Origin: Kiritimatiellia bacterium
Lineage (GTDB): Bacteria; Verrucomicrobiota; Kiritimatiellia; UBA8416; SLMC01
Length of the DNA stretch: 55,427 bases
Direction: 5' to 3'
NCBI GenBank assembly: GCA_007134465.1
Contig: SLKS01000018.1
Coordinates: forward strand, 1-55,427
The notes beneath the pieces are model-generated. The model worked only from the letters and a program-made list of their open reading frames with translations. It was not told where the DNA came from and searched no databases. Of this stretch, positions 53,053 through 55,427 are shown piece after piece (the first letter of the stretch is position 1; every line of letters starts with the position of its first letter). The position numbers and the translations under genes are program-made.

Positions 53053-55427
53053 TCATAACCCTGCGATTTTCGCGCGCAACTGGTTCTTGATGTCGCGGAT
53101 ATCGTTGGCCACTTCGATAAAGGCCCATGCGGGCTGGCCGTATTTTTCGCGCACGGCATTGACTGCCGGCAGCCAGCGGTTCTCCACATGCCATTTCTTT
53201 TCCGCCTTTTCCTTGTTCATCCCGGTTACCTCGACAATCAGATTCACCGGGCCGGCGTCGGTTTCGCAACGGGCGATGAAGTCCGGAAAATAGCGCTTGT
53301 CCTCGCCTGCCTGCACATAGGGGATCGAGAAACCGAGAAACGCGTTCTTGACGTATCTGCCGACAAGGCCTTCGTCGGCCAGTTCTTCCAGCGTCTTGGC
53401 CGCAATCTGTTCCCAGCTTTCGGTATCGGCCACAACGCAGTTGACATGACTGCGCGCGGTCGGGAATACCGGCCGGGTGGTGAGCCCGTGCACATGGCGG
53501 GTGCTGCCGACGGGGTTGTAGTAATTGAGGATGGGCAGAACCACATCGTCCCCGCGACGGCCGGACTGGATGGCCCGGACGATTCCGCAGAGATATTTTT
53601 CAGGGCTGTAGCACCACAGCAACTGCTTGAAACAGTCGCCATAGCATACCACGCGCGTGCGATACCACTCCTCGACAATGGCCCTGAGCTTGCCGAACTT
53701 CTGAAACTCGACATTGCCGTCTTCGTCCTTGAAGCTGTGCGCAAGCAGCTCGCGGGCGATCCTGTAGATCACCTGCTGGTCGCGCAGCTCGCGCAAGTCG
53801 TCCACGCCAAGCTCTTCCTCGGCATCGGAGACCGCTGTCGCCAGGACGGTACGGGTCGGAATGTTGGGGCCGATCTCGAAGTTCTCGATGTGCGAGAAAT
53901 CGGCGGTGATTTCGCCGTCCGGCGTTTCCACGCGGTAGCCGTCCACATTCAGGAACTCGATTTCATAGTCGCTCTGCCGCTCGGGCAGCGCGCGAATAAC
54001 CGTCTGCTCGCGCGGGGGAGGCGGCGCGGACTTGCCGCCCTTGAACATTTTGAACGGCACGCCGATGATATGCGCATATTCCGGCGGGAACTTCCAGGTC
54101 TTGATGCGGCGTTTGTCATCGGTCGGCAATCCGGCCTTGTCGTATCCCTGCAAGTAGTAGTTCTTGCGACGCAGGGCGCGTCCGGCCACCTGCTCGCACA
54201 GAAGCTGAGAACCGAAGGCGCGAATGCCGACTATATGGGTGACGGTATTGGCGTCCCAGCCTTCGGTCAGCATCGAAACCGAAACCACGCAGCGAATGTG
54301 CGCCCCGAGCGTGCCGGGCTTGCCGACGGTGTTGACAACCTCGCGCAGGATTTCGGCGTCGGCGATGTTTTCCGCCGCCCCCGCGCCGTGCAGCCGTGCG
54401 TAATCGCGCTTGAACAGTTCGATTTCCGAGGCGAAGACGGTTTTGAAATCGTCGCCGACCTGATCGGAATTCTCCAGCGCGTCGCTGTCAATCAGCAATG
54501 TCGGCGAACGTTCGAGCGGGTTCCCGGTGTTTTCGTCGTAATTGGAGAACAGCGGCAGATTGCCGCCAATCGAAACAGTGTTGCCTTCGCGGTCGATCGA
54601 ACGTTCATATCCGGCCATCCATTTGTAGACTTCCTTGGACACCGAAACATTGTTGCAGACGACGATAAAGACCGGCGGGGAGTCGAAAAGCTCGCGAGTA
54701 CGCTCGAAATCCTCCTCGTAATGCCGATAGAACTGCCGCAAGGCCACGGCCAGCAGCTCCGGCATGGCGGGCGGAGTTTCCAGCAGGGTCTGTCCGGCTT
54801 CCTTGGCCGCCTTGCGCCGGGCTTTCATGCCTTTCTTGGGCAATCGGTCTTTTACATGCTCGTACAGATTCCGCAGCACGGGCATTTTCAGTTCCTGGGT
54901 ATTGTCGCTTTCAGGCAGAAACGGGATTTTGACCAGGCCGGATTCGATCGCCTCGATCAGCCCGAAATCCGACGCCACCCACTCGAAGAGCGCATAGGCT
55001 TGGTGTCCCGAACCGGTCAAGTAATACGGGGTGGCGCTCAGATCGTAGATGTGGCCGACCTTGAAGCGTTTGCACAATTCTTTCAACCCGTTGTACCAAA
55101 CGGCGGCGCGCGCGTTTTCCTCGGCGGTGTTTTCGCCTTCGGTCCGCTGCCCCTTGCCGATGGGCTTGTAGCAATGATGCGCTTCGTCGTTCATGACAAG
55201 CAGGCGCGACCCGCTTTTGAACTTGCCCAGCATGCGGCGCATCGCCTGGCTGTAGTCCTCGCGAACATCCTGCTTGTTGCCGGCAGCGTCGAGTTTGCCG
55301 TCAAACGGAGTGCGCTTGTTGCCTTGCAAGGCGCGCGGCTCGAATCCGTGATAATTGGCGATGACAATTTTCGCGTTCAGTCCCGGCAGCAGCTTGCGCC
55401 AGCCGGGCGGGACAAGTGTGCGCTGGC
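53053..55427 (-). CDS. res: Type III restriction Res-like helicase-nuclease (5' end outside window)
   Basis: ORF 53053..55329. The frame stays open to the window edge (hand translation ...[21 protein letters not shown]). Motifs: DEAH (VMNDEAHHC), SAT (DLSATPY), [20 protein letters not shown]-terminal PD-(D/E)xK-like YFPDF...IVEVTGMNK is present. Walker A must lie upstream of the window. Confidence 0.85.
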   Translation of the reverse strand, partial: QRTLVPPGWRKLLPGLNAKIVIANYHGFEPRALQGNKRTPFDGKLDAAGNKQDVREDYSQAMRRMLGKFKSGSRLLVMNDEAHHCYKPIGKGQRTEGENTAEENARAAVWYNGLKELCKRFKVGHIYDLSATPYYLTGSGHQAYALFEWVASDFGLIEAIESGLVKIPFLPESDNTQELKMPVLRNLYEHVKDRLPKKGMKARRKAAKEAGQTLLETPPAMPELLAVALRQFYRHYEEDFERTRELFDSPPVFIVVCNNVSVSKEVYKWMAGYERSIDREGNTVSIGGNLPLFSNYDENTGNPLERSPTLLIDSDALENSDQVGDDFKTVFASEIELFKRDYARLHGAGAAENIADAEILREVVNTVGKPGTLGAHIRCVVSVSMLTEGWDANTVTHIVGIRAFGSQLLCEQVAGRALRRKNYYLQGYDKAGLPTDDKRRIKTWKFPPEYAHIIGVPFKMFKGGKSAPPPPREQTVIRALPERQSDYEIEFLNVDGYRVETPDGEITADFSHIENFEIGPNIPTRTVLATAVSDAEEELGVDDLRELRDQQVIYRIARELLAHSFKDEDGNVEFQKFGKLRAIVEEWYRTRVVCYGDCFKQLLWCYSPEKYLCGIVRAIQSGRRGDDVVLPILNYYNPVGSTRHVHGLTTRPVFPTARSHVNCVVADTESWEQIAAKTLEELADEGLVGRYVKNAFLGFSIPYVQAGEDKRYFPDFIARCETDAGPVNLIVEVTGMNKEKAEKKWHVENRWLPAVNAVREKYGQPAWAFIEVANDIRDIKNQLRAKIAGL

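Overview
This is a 55.4-kb, high-GC (about 62-65% by hand counts) chromosomal segment from a diderm bacterium. The gene content is compatible with a PVC-group or Verrucomicrobia-like organism, but that taxon is inference only. I support about 48 genes.

Main gene blocks:
- A pilM-N-O-(P-like)-Q type IV pilus operon, and a separate pilB-pilT-pilB ATPase cluster.
- lysA and dapA.
- A FloA/NfeD membrane-microdomain operon.
- A PPi-dependent phosphofructokinase translationally coupled to a URO-D-like gene.
- gatCAB.
- ispH, a PHP phosphoesterase, a P-type ATPase and an erythromycin-esterase-like gene, all on the minus strand.
- ctp, tsaD and tRNA-Gly(UCC).
- A 40-aa lysine-rich histone-like ORF that is absent from the ORF track.
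- tolQ-R-A-B-pal and purM.

Many neighbouring genes overlap by ATGA (stop/start coupling). Intergenic DNA holds several families of short palindromic, modular repeats. One copy lies in frame inside a pilus gene.

The last ~10 kb (45.5 kb to the window edge) is a compositionally mosaic defence island, entirely on the minus strand. It reads: Type III-like Res helicase-nuclease (5' truncated by the window), an Abi_2 abortive-infection gene inserted between res and mod, a large beta-class Mod methyltransferase whose central target-recognition region has much lower GC than its flanks, two tightly coupled unknown ORFs (one at ~40% GC), and an 872-aa fusion of a PHP phosphoesterase with an SMC/ABC-type ATPase. 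The three-gene module after mod is the best candidate for an undescribed or poorly described system.

No rRNA, CRISPR array, transposase or integrase was seen. Most long ORFs antisense to the called genes are high-GC shadow ORFs.
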